Shown: piece by piece, positions 33,967 to 48,554 of the stretch
Layout of the letters: each line of letters opens with the position of its first letter
Numbering within the stretch: the first letter of the stretch is position 1
Assembly: GCA_051294375.1 (NCBI GenBank)
Contig: CM119270.1
Coordinates: 18,781,546-18,845,545, forward strand
From: Paraspadella gotoi
Taxonomy: Eukaryota > Animalia > Chaetognatha
Reading direction: 5' to 3'
Length of the DNA: 64,000 nucleotides
Translations under genes and position numbers: made by a program
Notes under the pieces: generated by a model
Told to the model about the DNA's origin: nothing
The model's input: only the letters and a program-made list of their open reading frames with translations
Databases searched by the model: none

Positions 33967-36900
33967 GTCCGATTCACTGGCAGATGGCAAATGGCAAATC
34001 GAGGACGCCAACACCATAAAAGGTTCCTGTTTACTCGCGGATTTAACTCAATTTTCTTCCTCTCGCTCCCTTATCTTTCCTTCGCTTCTTATCTTTTCCC
34101 ATCTTTTCCCCTCTTTTCGACCTTTTTTTCTTTTCTTTTCTTTCCTTCTTTTCCCATCTTTTCCCCTCTTTTCGACCTTTCTTTTTTTTTCTTATCTTTT
34201 CCCATCTTTTCCCCTCTTTTCGACTTTTCTTTTCTTTTCTTTTCTTTTCTTTCTTTTTCTTTCTTTTCTTTTTTTTCTTTTCTTTTCTTTTATTTTATTT
34301 TTAACCCTTTTTTTCCATTTCCCCTTCAAATCGGTTTTTCTCCTCTTGACTTTTTGACTTTTTATTAAAGATTCACAATTTCGATGATCGATATATTTTA
34401 ACCTTGATTTCTTTCCTTTCCCTACTTTCATATTCCATCGGCCAAAGAAATTGCCAATTTTTTAAAAAGATATGCAAATTTGTTTACCTAACATTGTAAA
34501 CTCAGAAAATACATAACCCCCCCATTTCACTTCATAATCTAAAACCCGTGAACTTTTTCTTTTTAGTTTCCATATATATTCGCTTCCATTTTTCACAATC
34601 ACATAGACTTCACGCGTTACCTCCTTCGCTTCCATCCAACACTTTTTTACTTTCCCTTTCACGTGATTTATTCCTTTCACGCTCTTACGTCGAGAACCCC
34701 GCCAAGTTTTTTTTTCTCTGTGAATTCGCCCGAAGAAGCGTCGTCTGTGAAAAAAAACCCGATAGGGAATTGCGCGTTGTGGAATATACTACGTGGCTCT
34801 TATCCAACTTAGCCCTGTGATACAGCCTCTCACGCCCATTATAGTTGAGAAAAAAAAACCGAACTGCCGAGTTCGTTCCACCTCCCTTTTAGAACAACAA
34901 CGACAACACAACAACAAGGCCGATAACGACCCAAATTCCGAAAGCGAAATAAATAAAAAAAAGAAAGAAAAGAAGTCCTTTATATATTTTTCCCGCATAA
35001 AAAAAAGAGGGCGAAGTTCGAATAACTTTTCTTTCCTTCACGCGTTTCTCCCCATTTCCTTGACACACACCTCGCCACCTCCCCCCCACCTCGCCTGACT
35101 TTTTTCTCCTTTCTCCCCCCTAGGAAAAGATTTATTGGTGCCGATAAGGTTCGCCCGCCCCGGAGCCAAAGTTGCCCCCGCTACTCGCGCCGCTCACCTC
35201 CGCCCACACGCAGATCCGGTCTTGACCCTCTTTTTTTTTCCACTCACCACCTTTTGAAAATTGTTCAACTAATACAAATATTTTTTTATTTATTTTATAG
35301 TTAATTAATAAGCTATATTGCCCCTTAATTTAAAAGACGATGTTTAGTTATTGATTTAGTTTAATCGATTGACTTCCAGAGTACCCGACTTCCCAGTTTC
35401 AATGAAGTAATTAAACATTCTTGCCAATCTGTTTCAATTGTCATTAAGTGCTAGTGCAACTACTTTTTAATTTAAAATTTAATATAACCTTACCAGAGCT
35501 TCTAACAGCCTTTCCCTCACTTTCCCTCCTCACTAACCAACTTTAACTCACCCCAAATTCTCGCCCCCGATGCCATCGAAAGCTGAAAATGGTAAGAGAA
35601 AGTTTAGCTGTCAAAAAGCCGCAATATAACCGGAGGCCAGTTGCTCTTTTTTAACCTTTCTTCTCCCTTCCCCAGTCCCCTTCCCCTTTCCCTTCCCCAG
35701 TCCCCTTTTTTAATCTCCCCCTCCTCTTCTTCATCTTCCTCCTCTTTCCCCCCAACCCGATAAAACGAGAATTTACGGGCGCATTAACAATGTCTCCGAT
35801 ATTAAAAGCGAAAGCTCGAAATTCGCTGGGTGGTCGGCCGGTAGAGGTTAAGCGGACGGCGGCTGGGGGATGCCGGTTTAGGAGGCGAAGGGGTTGCCGG
35901 AAATTGAGACAAGGGCGATGAATGTGAGGGGAAGGTCGGATGACAAGACGTTACAATAATGTATAGTTCACTTTTCGAAGTTTTTATTTTATTTTTTTTA
36001 TTTACTGGAATTTTTTAATTGTTGTTTTTGAATTTGGATCGTTTCAGTGGTTAAGAAAATGGGCTTTTCAACGCGTCCGTGGTCAGCGGCCAAGGGTCAT
36101 TGGTCAGCGGCCCGATGGTCACGGCCAACGGGCACGCGGCCTTCACCCCGCCCTCTCGCAGCCTCGCGACGAAGAGGCGGAGGCGGAACACCGACCGAGA
36201 ACCGATTTATTTTCCAACGAAGCGACGTGACAAAGTTGAGGCCGTCGGAGATTATGCCGTGTGAAGGGGGAAGGAGACTATGGGGGGGAATGCGGGAGGT
36301 GAGGTGGTGGTAGGTGGTCGTAGAAGGTGGGTTGGCCGAAATGGCAAATAAGAGTTTGCACTTGACAAAAAACTCTGGAAATAGTGAAACTTTAACGAAA
36401 AGTAAAAGAGTTCTCGAAAACAGATGTCAACGCGCTCGTGATATGTGGATGAAAGTGGTTGAATACTGGTGATGGTTCACGACGGTGTAGATAGAGATCG
36501 CCGGGAGTGATAAAGTCTTTCACTCGACGGCCGATGCTGAATAAGAAGCGGAAATATCACGAAATAGTTTTTTTTCTTTTGTTCTATTTTTTTATATCGA
36601 ACTTTTTTTCAAATTCTTAATATTATGTTTGATATTATTGAGTGGGTGACGTATTTTTTTTTTTTATTTATTATGTTCTTGTTGTCGTTCAGTTCTCACC
36701 GTTTTTCCATTTATTTTTTATGGAAAGTTTTGAAATTTTCACTGAATTTTTTAATTTTATTTATTTTTCTCTTCAATTTTTTGTCTACACTCTAAACGTC
36801 ATCGTTTCATTTTCCCGGAGCAAAGAAATGTTTTTTATCACGACGTTTCTCACTCGGTTCTTTTTTTTTTAAATCTATTTTCGTTTCTAGTTTCACGTGA

Positions 36901-38466
36901 ATAATTTTTGTTTCCGAATTTACAAATTCACAGTTTATCTTTTAATGTATTTTGTATTATTATATTTTTTTTTTTCGAGAGAGAGAAAGGGGAAAGAAGA
37001 TGAGAGTAGAGAGAGAGAGAGAGCAGAGAGAGAGACAGAGAGAAGAGAGAACGAGGAGAGAGAGAGGAGAGGAGAGGAGAGAAGAGAGAGAGAGAGGAGA
37101 GAGAGAAGATTCGATTTCACATTGAGAAATCACTTTCGCTCCTTGCGATCACGAGAAGTTATCGAACTTTCACGGGAGAGGGGAGAGGAGGCACAGGGCG
37201 AGGGGCGATGGAGTGGAAAGGAAGGAGGGAAATGGAAAAAGAGGAGGAGGGAGCGAGGAGGATGAGGAGGAGGGGAACGGAGAACTCGAAGATGAAGAAG
37301 ATGATAAATTCGGCAGGAAAAAAATTCCTGAGAAATCGAAAGGTTTCGTTAAACTTTTTATTAATAGGCACGACAGAAGCACGGAACGCTACGACGCGAT
37401 GCACGCGGCGTACGCGCGGACATCCTCCCGAATGGTAGAGAGAGAGAGTAAGAGGAGTAGAGAGAGAGGGAGATGGAGAGAGTGTGAGAGAGAGATGGAT
37501 ATGAAAACAACTTTACAATAGTGGCAAAAAAATGAAAAGTGAGGATAAAAATTAATTCGGGAGTATTAACCGTCTGCTCAGGCCGGCCATATGAATGTGA
37601 GAGAAATTCTCGTCACTTAGATTAGTTGGATTTTTTTTTTTTTTATTAATCGGCGATGCGAGAGAGCGGAAAGGTGTCGGGGGAGAAAAAAGGGGATGGT
37701 AGGAGGGAGAGGAGAGAGGGCGGGAGAGAGAAAAGGGAAAAAAGATCAGCGTTGAGAGTATTAAGTGATAGAAGAAGCGATAGAAATATAAATAAAATAA
37801 AAACAGAATATTGACTTGGTTAGCTTGAAAAATAAAATATAACCTAAAAAAAATGTAGCCCACGATTGACATTCTTAAATGAGAAATGACATTTCTTTTA
37901 GCTTTTAGAAACTACCAGTACAATGAGGGTTCGAGAATCCGACGGACGGACAGACGACGAAATTAAAATCCGGGTTATTCAGTCACTTGACGGAGTGAGA
38001 GAAGTAATGCGAAAAAGAATGGAATGGGAGGAATTAAGGGAGGAAAAAAACATGGAAAGGAGGAATAAAAAGGGAGAAGCAAGATAAAATCGGCTCGTCT
38101 TCTAGAGTATCAGTGAAATCGAGGACCGCATGGCAACCGTGCTCCATTTACTTGGTTTGAGCGAGGATTAAGTGGCTCCGATTTAATCTCTCTACTCTAG
38201 TTGAATTTTGGCCTCGAGTGAGAATCTTCTTCGCTCCAGTGATTGGCCGCTCCAGCGAATCTTCTACGCTTCCAGCAAATAGGCGTCCTAGTGAAACCTT
38301 GAAGTGAAATGCATAAGAATTACGAGAGAGGAGAGAGGAGAGAGAGAGAGAGTGAGAGAGATGAGAGAGAGAGAGAGATAGAGATGAGAGGACGAGTTTT
38401 TCTCTTTTTTTTCTAGTGGAAAAATATGAAAGGATTCTTTTTTTTTAGAGAGAGAGAGATGAGAGA

Positions 38467-38504
<38 letters not shown>

Positions 38505-41500
38505 GATGAGAGAGAGAGAGTTTTTCTGGATTCTTTTTTTTTTTGAAGGTCGTTATTGGAGCGAAAGGGATGGGCGTACGTGTAAGAGCTTGAAATCTCT
38601 CTCTTTTTCTCTCTCTCTCTCTCTCTCGCTCGATCACTGGCAGATGGCAAATGGCAAATCGAGGACGCCAACACCATAAAAAGGTTCCTGTTTACTCGGC
38701 GGAGTTTAACTCAATTTTTTGCCTCTCGCTCCTTATCTTCCTCGGCCATCTTTTCCCATCTTTTCCCCTCTTTTCGACCTTTTTTTCTTTTCTTTTCTTT
38801 CTTTTTTCCCATCTTTTCCCCTCTTTTCGACCTTTCTTTTTCTTTTCTTATCTTTTCCCATCTTTTCCCCTCTTTTCGACCTTTCTTTTCTTTCTTTTCT
38901 TTTCTTTTCTTTTCTTTTCTTTTATTTTATTTTTAACCCTTTTTTCCACTTCCCCTTCAAATCGGTTTTTCTCCTCTTGACTTTTGACTTTTTAAAAGAT
39001 TCACAATTTCGATGATCGATATATTTTAACCTTGATTTCTTTCCCTTCCCTACTTTCATATTCCATCCGGCCAAAGAAATTGCCAATTTTTTAAAAAGAT
39101 ATGCAAATTTGTTTACCTAACATGTAAACTCAGAAAATACATAACCCCCCCCCATTTCACTTCATAATCTAAAACCCGTGAACTTTTTCTTTTTAGTTTC
39201 CATATATATTCGCTTCCATTTTTCACAATCACATAGACTTCACGCGTACCTCCTTCGCTTCCATCCAACACTTTTTTACTTTCCCTTTCACGTGATTTAT
39301 TCCTTTCACGCTCTTACGTCGAGAAACCCCGCCAAGTTTTTTTTTCTCTGTGAATTCGCCCGAAAGAAGCGTCGCTGTGAAAAAAAACCCGATAGGGAAT
39401 TGCGCGTTGTGAATATACTACGTGGCTCTTATCCAACTTAGCCCTGTGATACAGCCTCTCACGCATTAATAGTTGAGAAAAAAAAACCGAACTGCCGAGT
39501 TCGTTCCACCCTCCCTTTTAGAACAACAACGACAACAACAACAACAAGGCCGATAACGACCCAAATCTCGAAAGCGAAATAAATAAAAAAAAGAAAGAAA
39601 GAAGTCCTTTATATATTTTTCCGCATAAAAAAAAAGAGGCGAAGTTCGAATAACTTTTCTTTCTTCACGCGTTTCTCCCCATTTTCCTTGACACACCCTC
39701 GCACCTCCCCCCCACCTCCGCCTGACTTTTTTCTCCTTTCCCCCCCCTAGGAAAAGATTTATTGGTGCCGATAAGGTTCGCCCGCCCCGGAGCCAAAGTT
39801 GCCCCCGCTACTCGCCGCTCACCTCCGCCACACGCAGATCCGGTCTTGACCCTCTTTTTTTTTCCACTCACCACCTTTTGAAAATTGGTTCAACTAATAC
39901 AAATATTTTTTTATTTATTTTATAGTTAATTAATAAGCTATATTGCCCCTTAATTTAAAAAGACGATGTTTAGTTATTGATTTAGTTTAATCGATTGACT
40001 TCCAGAGTACCCGACTTCCAGTTATCAATGAAGTAATTAAACATTCTTGCAATCTGTTTCAATTGTCATAAGTGCTAGTGCAACTACTTTTAATTTAAAA
40101 TTTAATATAACCTTACCAGAGCTTCTAACAGCCTTTCCCTCACTTTCCCTCCTCACTAACCAACTTTAACTCACCCCAAATTCTCGACCCCCCGATGCCA
40201 TCGAAAGCTGAAAATGGAAGAGAAAGTTTAGCTGTCAAAAGCCGCAATATAACCGGAGGCCAGTTGCTCTTTTTTAACCTTTCTTCTCCCTTCCCCAGTC
40301 CCCTTCCCCTTTCCCTTCCCCAGTCCCCTTTTTAATCTCCCCCTCCTCTTCTTCATCTTCCTCCTCTTTCCCCCCAACCCGATAAAACAGAGAATTACGG
40401 GCGCATAAAATGTCTCCGATATAAAGAGGAAAGCTCGAAATTCGCTGGGTGGTCGGCCGGTAGAGGTAAGCCGGACGGCCGGCTGGGGGATGCCGGTTAG
40501 GAGGCGGAAGGGGTTGCCGGAAATTGAGACAAGGGCCGATGAAGTGAGGGGGAAAGGGTCGGATGACAAGACGTTACAATAATGTATAGTTCACTTTCGA
40601 AGTTTTTATTTTATTTTTTTTTATTTACTGGAATTTTTTAATTGTTGTTTTTGAATTTGGTCGTTTCAGTGGTTAAGAAAAATGGGCCTTTTCAACGCGT
40701 CCGTGGTCAGCGGCCAAGGGTCATTGGTCAGCGGCCCGATGGTCACGGCCCAACGGGCACGCGGCCTTCACCCCGCCCTCTCGCAGCCTCCGCGGACGAA
40801 GGCGAGGGGGCCGACCAGAACCGATTTATTTTCCAACGAAGCGACGGACAAAGTTGAGCCGTCGGGATTTGCCGTGGAAAGGGGGGAGGAGTATGGGGGG
40901 GAATGCGGGGGTGAGGGTGGTGGGTAAGGGTGGTCGTAGAAGGTGGTTAGGCGAAATTGGCAAATAAGAGTTTGCACTTGACAAAAAACTCGTGAAAGTA
41001 GTGAACTTTAACGAAAAGTTAAAAGGTTCGGAAAACAGATGTCAACGCGTGTCGTGATAGTGGTGAAAAGTGGTGAAATCGCTTAGCGGTGGTGATGGTT
41101 CACGACGGTTGTGATAGAGATCGCCGGGAGTGATAAAGCTCCTTTCACTCGACGGCCGATGCTGATAAGAAGCGGAATTCGAAATGTTTTTTTTTCTTTG
41201 TTCTTTTGTTTTATATCGAACTTTTTTCAAATTCTTAATATTATGTTTGATATTATTTGAGGGGGTGACTGATTTTTTTTTTTATTATGTTCTTGTTGTC
41301 GTTCAGTTCTTCACCGTTTTTCCATTTATTTTTTATGGAAAGTTTGAAATTTTCACTGAATTTTTTAATTTTATTTATTTTCCTCTCAAATTTTTGTCTC
41401 ACTCTAAACGCATCGTTTCTTTTCCCGGAAGCAAAGAAATGTTTTTATCACGACGTTTCTCACTCGGTTTTTTTTTTAAATCTATTTTTCGTTTCTAGTT

Positions 41501-43046
41501 TCACGTGAATAATTTTTTTTTCCGAATTTCAAATTCACAGTTATCTTTTAAATTTATTTTGTATTATTATATTTTTTTTTTCGAGAGAGAGAAAGGGGAA
41601 AGAAGATGAGAGTGAGAGAGAGAGAGCAGAGATGGAGAGAGAGAGAGAAGAGAGGAAGAGAGAGACGAGAGAGAGAGAGAGAGGAGAGAAGAGAGAGAGA
41701 GAGAGAGAGAGAAGATTCGAGTTTCACATTGAGAAATCACTTTCGCTCCTGCCGATCACGGAGAAGTTATCGACTTTCACGGAGAGAGGGAGAGGAGCGC
41801 ACAGGGCGAGGGGCGATTGAGTGGAAAGGAAGGAGGGAAATGAAAAATGAGGAGGAGGAGTAGGGGAGGATGAGGAGGTAGGACGGAACGGAGAACTCGA
41901 AATGAAGAAGATGATAAATTCGGCATGAAAAAAAAATTCCTGAGAAATCGAAAAGGTTTCGTTAAATTTTTATTAATAGCACGCACAGAAGCACGGACGC
42001 ACGGACGCAGATGCACGCGGGCGTACGCGCGGACATCCTCCCGAGAGAGNNNNNNNNNNAGAGAGAGGGAGATGGAGAGAGTGTGAGAGAGAGATGAGAT
42101 ATGAAACAACTTTACTAATAGTGGCATAAAAAATGATAAAGTGAGGATAAAATTAATTCGGGAGATTAACCGTCGCTCAGGGCGGCCATATGAATGGAGA
42201 GAAATTCTCGTCACTTAGATTAGTTGGATTTTTTTTTTTTTTTTTAATCGGGCGATGCGAGAGAGCGGAAAGGTGTGGGGGAAGAAAAGGGGAGGTAGAG
42301 AGGGAGAGGAGAGAGGGGGGAGAGAAAAAGGGAAAAAAGACAAGCGGTGAAGAGTATAAAGTGATAGAGAGAAGCGATAGAAAATAAATAAAATAAAAAC
42401 AGAAATTGACTTGGTTAGCTGAAAATATAGAAAGTTTAAACTAAAAAAAAATGTAGTCCACGATTGACATTCTTACAATGAGAAATGACATTCTTATAGC
42501 TTTTAGAAACTACCATGTACAAAGAGGGTTCAGAATCCTACGGACGGACAGACGGACGAAATAAAATCCGGTTATTCAGTCACTTGACGGAGTGAGAGAA
42601 GTAATGCGAAAAAGATGAATGGGAGGAATTAAGGAGAAAAAAAAATGGAAAGGAGAAATAAAAAGGGAGAGCAGATAAAAATCGGCTCGTCTCTCTAGTA
42701 TCAGTGAAATCGAGACCGCATGGCAAACCGCTGCTCCATTTACTTGGTTGGAGCGAGGATTAAGTGGCTCCATTTAATCTCTACTCTAGTGAAACTTTGG
42801 CTCAGTGAGAATTTCTTCGCTCCAGTGATTGGCCGCTCCAGCGAATCTCTACGCTCCAGCAAATAGGCGTCCTAGTGAAACCTTGAAGCTGAAATGCATA
42901 AGAATTACGAGAAGAGGAGAGAGAGAGAGAGTGAGAGAGATGAGAGAGAGAGAGAGATAGAGATGAGAGGACGAGTTTTTCTCTTTTTTTTCTAGTGGAA
43001 AATATGAAAAGGATTCTTTTTTTTTTTAGGAGAGAGAGATGAGAGA

Positions 43047-43084
<38 letters not shown>

Positions 43085-43150
43085 GATGAGAGAGAGAGAG
43101 TTTTTCTGGATTCTTTTTTTTTTTGAAGGTCGTTATTGGAGCGAAGGGAA
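33962..43150. repeat. Tandem two-copy ~4.6 kb block (33962-~38580 and ~38625-43150)
   Basis: Both copies start with ...TCACTGGCAGATGGCAAATGGCAAATCGAGGACGCC and are colinear, differing mainly by 1-bp indels. Confidence 0.9.
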
Positions 43151-44793
43151 TGGGGTACCGTGGAAGAGCTGAATGAAGTACTGGAGCCAAATCTGGAACT
43201 GTCGAGGAGAGAAATCTGGTACTGTGGAGGAGCCAAATGTGGTATAGTCAATACCCGGATTGAGAAATGTTGAATTAAGTAGGAGCATCATATGGAATTG
43301 TGGAAGGGTAAATAGCCAATCTGGGGAGAAAAACTTTGTAGCTCAGAATGGAAGTACTGTGTAGGAAAGAATTGCGATACTTGGAAATGTGGCAGAATGG
43401 AAAAGAATGGTAAAATTAAAATTAAAGTAACAATGATTTATTTTAATAGTTAAATGAAAGAGAAGATGATGTGGATGGTCAATAAAACGAAGGAAATGTG
43501 CGGTGCTGTGTAGGAGCGTAATGAAATGCAGCGCCATGGTATCGAGAGGATATCCCTCGCGGCGCTGGACAAAGAGGAACATAAAATCATGACAAGTTGC
43601 ACTTTAGCGCAAAAAGAAAGGGAGGTGGAAGAAAGACGAGAGAGAGAGAGAGCAAGACGAGAGAGAGAGACGAGAGAGAGCAGAGAGAACAATACAATAG
43701 AACAGATATTATACTGTACTTTGCGGCTTTAGGCCACCTTGAGCCGGGCCTTTAAAAGCCTACCTACTTTCTCAAGATATATTACAAAATTGTAATTGAC
43801 TTTTGAAAACAAAAAGTGCATCGCACGTTCTTAACTCAGTCGGTTTGAACAAACTTCGATAGCAAACCTCTCCAATTGACAATGAAACACAGAAGACGCA
43901 GAGAGAGATTAAGAGAAGCAATGAGAGAGAGAGAGAGAGAGAGAGAAAAGGGTATATTGTGAGACAAAGACAAATAAAACTAAAACGAGAAACAGTGTCA
44001 CATCCAGCAGTGGGTTTTATGCCGGGAAAGTTAATTGTATTGGGACAAATATTTACTTTACGTCGCGGGGCTTTTTAGTGTTGGACTCGGCGTCGGGAAA
44101 GGGTGAGGAGGAAAGGACTACAGGGTGATGGGTGAAAGGAGTTATTGTGAAGTGAAACAGACGTGAGAGTCACAGAAAAGTAGGTGAGGAACAATTGGAA
44201 AAGGGGATTCGAATAACGGAAAGGAAAGGAGGAAAGAAGAGTAGGGAAAGGGAGGAAATGGAAAAGAGAGGTAAAAGGGAGAAAAGGGGAAATGGAAAAA
44301 GAGGTAAAAGGGAGAAAAAGAGAGAAAATGGAAAAAGAAAGAATATAGGGAAAAGGTTGGGCTCTCTTTTCCACAATTTAAATATTAATATTTAACTTAA
44401 ATATATTTCCAAATTAAACTTAAACTTAAAGTCGCTAATTTCTGGTCCAAACCCCTAAACTAGAAAAAGAAAAGGAACCTAGAAAAGAAAAGGAACCTAA
44501 AGAACTAAAATGGAAAAAGGGAAATAAAAATGGAATACGATCGAAATACGAGCGATTCAGTATAACGCGTGACAACTGAGGCTTTTCGGGCGGCGTTATA
44601 CTTGATATAAATGGAAGAGGACAACGACAAAACGGCGATCACAAAGGAAAAGTGAGTTCGACGTCTGTCGAGGTGAAAGGAAAAAAGTGAAAAGGTCAGG
44701 TTGACATTTTGCCTTCAGGTGAGTTTCTCGAAGACAAAAGCTTTTTCTTTATTTTATGGCAAAAGTGGAGCCAATAATTTATTTTATTTGTTT

Positions 44794-44876
<83 letters not shown>

Positions 44877-44951
44877 TATTTATTTATATTTATTTTTTTA
44901 TTTATTTATATTTATTTATTTTTATTTATTTATTTATTTATTCTTTTATTT

Positions 44952-45026
<75 letters not shown>

Positions 45027-45842
45027 TTAATTTATTCATTTAATCTTTTATTTTTATTTATTTATTTATTCTTTTATTTTTTTTATTTTTGGATATCTTA
45101 CCCATGAAAATACCAAAATCCTATTAAGAAAAAAAAACAAATTAACTCGAGCCCGAGGCAGCAGCGATAAAGAAAAGTTGCATTTTCAAAGAGATTTAAC
45201 TTTTTGAAAGAAAGGATGAATAAAATGAAAAAAAAAGAAAGAAAGAAAGAAAGAAAGAAAGAANNNNNNNNNNNNNNNNNNNNNNNNNTAGATGATCTAA
45301 AAGGATATAGAAAGATAAGACATCAAGATTCAAAGGAAAGAAAGAAAGGTTTAATTTTTTTTTCCCCATTTTAAATAGAGGAAAAAATAAAATGTGGACC
45401 AATGAACGCCTTGAACCAGAGACGCAAAATGATTTGCGTCTGTCCCTCGATCATATCGTCGTTTCGTCGTCCCGTCGGTCATCTTTCGTCGATGTTAAAC
45501 ACAGTCATTTAAACTTAAAGCAACGAGTCTTGAAATTTGTTTTCAATAATTGATAAATTCTTCATTTTTTTCAGTATAATTACCACAAAAAAAACCGAAA
45601 CCATTTTTCGATGATGGACACTTTCTCTTTCGTCGCATAAGTTTGTTGACGAAGGAGACAGGAAAAGGTTATTGCTCCATAAAAATGTGAACCGAACCTG
45701 AGAATTCCGCCGTTCTCCGACGTCGCGGCCATATTAATGCCATCCGACGCGATTTACGCGCCGTTCGATGCCATTAAAAAACGCCACAATTGGTGAAAGG
45801 CGGCGAAGGATAGTATATAAAATCCGTGGATTCTCCGCTCTG
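41860..45842 (-). CDS. Putative multi-exon membrane-protein gene, possibly a divergent tetraspanin (span of candidate exons, repeated in the other block copies)
   Basis: Exon 44550-44664 (branch-like CTGAC, pyrimidine tract, cag|; |gtattt) reads TSNSLFLVIAVLSLSSSIYIKYNAARKASVVTRYTESL after one indel fix. The upstream exon ends ..LRLWFKVV. The downstream segment in the first copy (37240-37420) reads INKKFNETFRFLRNFF.AEFIIFFIFEFSVPLLLILL. Frames are unreliable. Confidence 0.3.
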
Positions 45843-48406
45843 TAGAAATGGTTTGAACGAAACAAGATAGTCGGACGAAGCAAATGGGAGAGAATTGGTT
45901 GAGAAAACGAGATAGTCTGAACGCGAATTGTGAAATGAACAATAGAGAGAAGAAACAATATGGTGAGAAGTGACAAGATAGATCTCTCTCTATGAAAGAA
46001 AGAAAGAAAGAAAGAAAGAAATAAACCAAGAAGTAAACAAAGAAAGAAATGAAGAAAAAAAGAAATAAAGAAAAAAAGAGAAAAAGAGAGAGAAAGAAAA
46101 AAAAGATAAGAAAGATAAAANNNNNNNNNNNNNNNNNNNNNNNNNGAGAGAGAGAGATGAGTTTCTCTTTTTCTTTTCTTAGTCGTGGAAAATGATGAAA
46201 GATTTCTTTCTTTTTTATTTTACGAGACGGAGACGAGAACGAACGAGTGAGAGATGCGGATGAGAGAGAAGAGAGAGAAGAGAAGAGAGAGCGCAGTTTT
46301 TCTCTTTTTTTCTCTAGTCGAAAATATGAAAACGGATGTCTTTTTTTTTTAGAGAGGCAGTCGAACGAGGAGAGAGGAGGGACGAGAGGACGAGAGGTGG
46401 ACGACTGAGGAGAGAGTCGAGAGGATAGATGAGACGAGAGAGATGATGAGATCGGGAGCGACAGTGGCGAGAGAGAGCAAGAGAATGAGAATTTTCTCTT
46501 TTTTTTCTAGTGGAAAATATGAAAGGATTCTTTTTTTTTTAGGAGAGAGAAGAGAGAGAGAGGAGAGATAAGGAGAGAGTAGAGAGAGAGAGAGAGGAGT
46601 TTCGTTTTTCTATGGAAAGTGAAGGATCTTTAGAAGGAGAAGAGATGACAGTAATAAGAGAGGAAAGCAGGGGATGAAGAAAAGAGAGTTTCTTTTTTTG
46701 TAAGCGTCGTTATTGAGCGAAGGGAATGGCGGTACCGTGGAAGAGCTGATATGAAGTACTTGCGATGGCCCATCGAACTGTCGGAGGAGAGAAATCTGGT
46801 ACTGTGGAGGAGCCAAATGTGCGATATGTCAAATACCCGGCATTGAGAGAAATGTGAATAAGTAGGATGCATCATATGGAATTGTGGAAGGGTAAAATAG
46901 CCAACTCTGGGGAGAAAAAACTTGTAGCTCAGAATGGAAGTACTGGTGTAGGAAGAATTGCGATACTTGGCAAATGTCGGCAGAATGGGAAAAGAATGGT
47001 AAAATTAAAATTAATAGTAACAATTGATTTATTTTTAATGTTATAAACTGCAAAGGAGAAGATGAGTGACTGGTCAAATAAAACGAAGGAAATGTGCGTG
47101 CTGTGTAGGAGCGAATGAAATGCAGCGCCTCATGGCGTATCGAGAGACTATCGCCTCGCGCGGCGCTGGACAAAGACGGAACATAAAATCATTCGACAAG
47201 TGCACTAGGCAAAAAGAAAGGGGAGGTGGAAGAGAGAGAGACATGAGAGAGAGAGCAAGGATAGATCTAAGAGAGAGAGAGAGATAGCAAGCAGAATATA
47301 AGGTTAGACCGAGCGGGCAAAAGTCCTAGCGAATAACAAATGAATGATGAAACAATGACGCACGTTCTTACCACGCAATCGATAGCACCTCATTGCAGAA
47401 CACAGAAGAGCAGAGAGAGTAGAGAAGCAAGAGAGAGAAGAGAGAGAGAGAGCACGAGAGAGAGAGAGAGAGAGAGGAAAAGGCGTATATTGTGAGACAA
47501 AGACAAATAAAACATAAAACGAGAAACAGTTGTCACATCCAGCAGTGGGTTTTTATGCCGGGAAAAGTTTAATTGTGATTGGGACATAGATATTTACTTT
47601 AACGTCGCGGGGCTTTTTAGTGTGCGACTCGGCGCTTCGGGAAAGCGGTGAGGAGGAAAGGACTTACAGGGTGAATGGTAAAGGAGTTATTGTGAGTGAT
47701 AACAGACCTGTGAGAGTTCACATGAAAAGAAGTAGGTGAGGAGCAAATTGGAGAAAGGGGGCGATTCGAAATACGGAAAAGGAAAGGAGGAAAGGAAAGT
47801 AGGGAAACGGGAGGAAAATGGGAAACAGAGCAGGTAAAAGGAGAAAAAGGGGAAATGGAAAAGAGGTAAAAGGGAGAAAAAAGAAGAAATGGAAACAGAA
47901 AGAATATAGGGAAAAGGTTGGCGCTCTCTTTTCCACAATTTAAATATTAAATATTTAACTTAAGATATATTTCCAAATTTAAACTTAAACTTAAACGTCG
48001 CTATATTTCCTGGTCCACTAACCCTAAAGCTAGAAAAAGAAAAGGAACCTAGAAAAGAAAAGGAACCTAAAAGAACGTAAAATGAAACAAGGGAAATAAA
48101 AATGGAAGATACGCATCCGAAATACGAGCGATTCAGTTATAACTGCGTTGACAATCTGAGGCCTTTTCGGGCGGCTGTAACTTTGATAAAATTGGAAGAG
48201 GACAACGGCAAAAATCGGCGATCCAAGAAAAGTGAGTTCGACGTCTGTCGAGGTGAAATGGAAAAAAGTGAAAAGGTCACGTTGACATTTTGCCTTCAGG
48301 TGAGTTTCTCGAAGACAAAAGCTTTTTCTTTATTTTATGCAAAAGTGGAGCCAATAATTTTATTTTATTTGTTTTTATTTATTTATTTATTTATTATTTA
48401 TTTATT

Positions 48407-48437
<31 letters not shown>

Positions 48438-48515
48438 TATTATTATTTATTTATTATTTATTTTTTTAATTTATTTATATTTATTTTATTTTTATTTATT
48501 TATTTATTTATTCTT

Positions 48516-48554
<39 letters not shown>

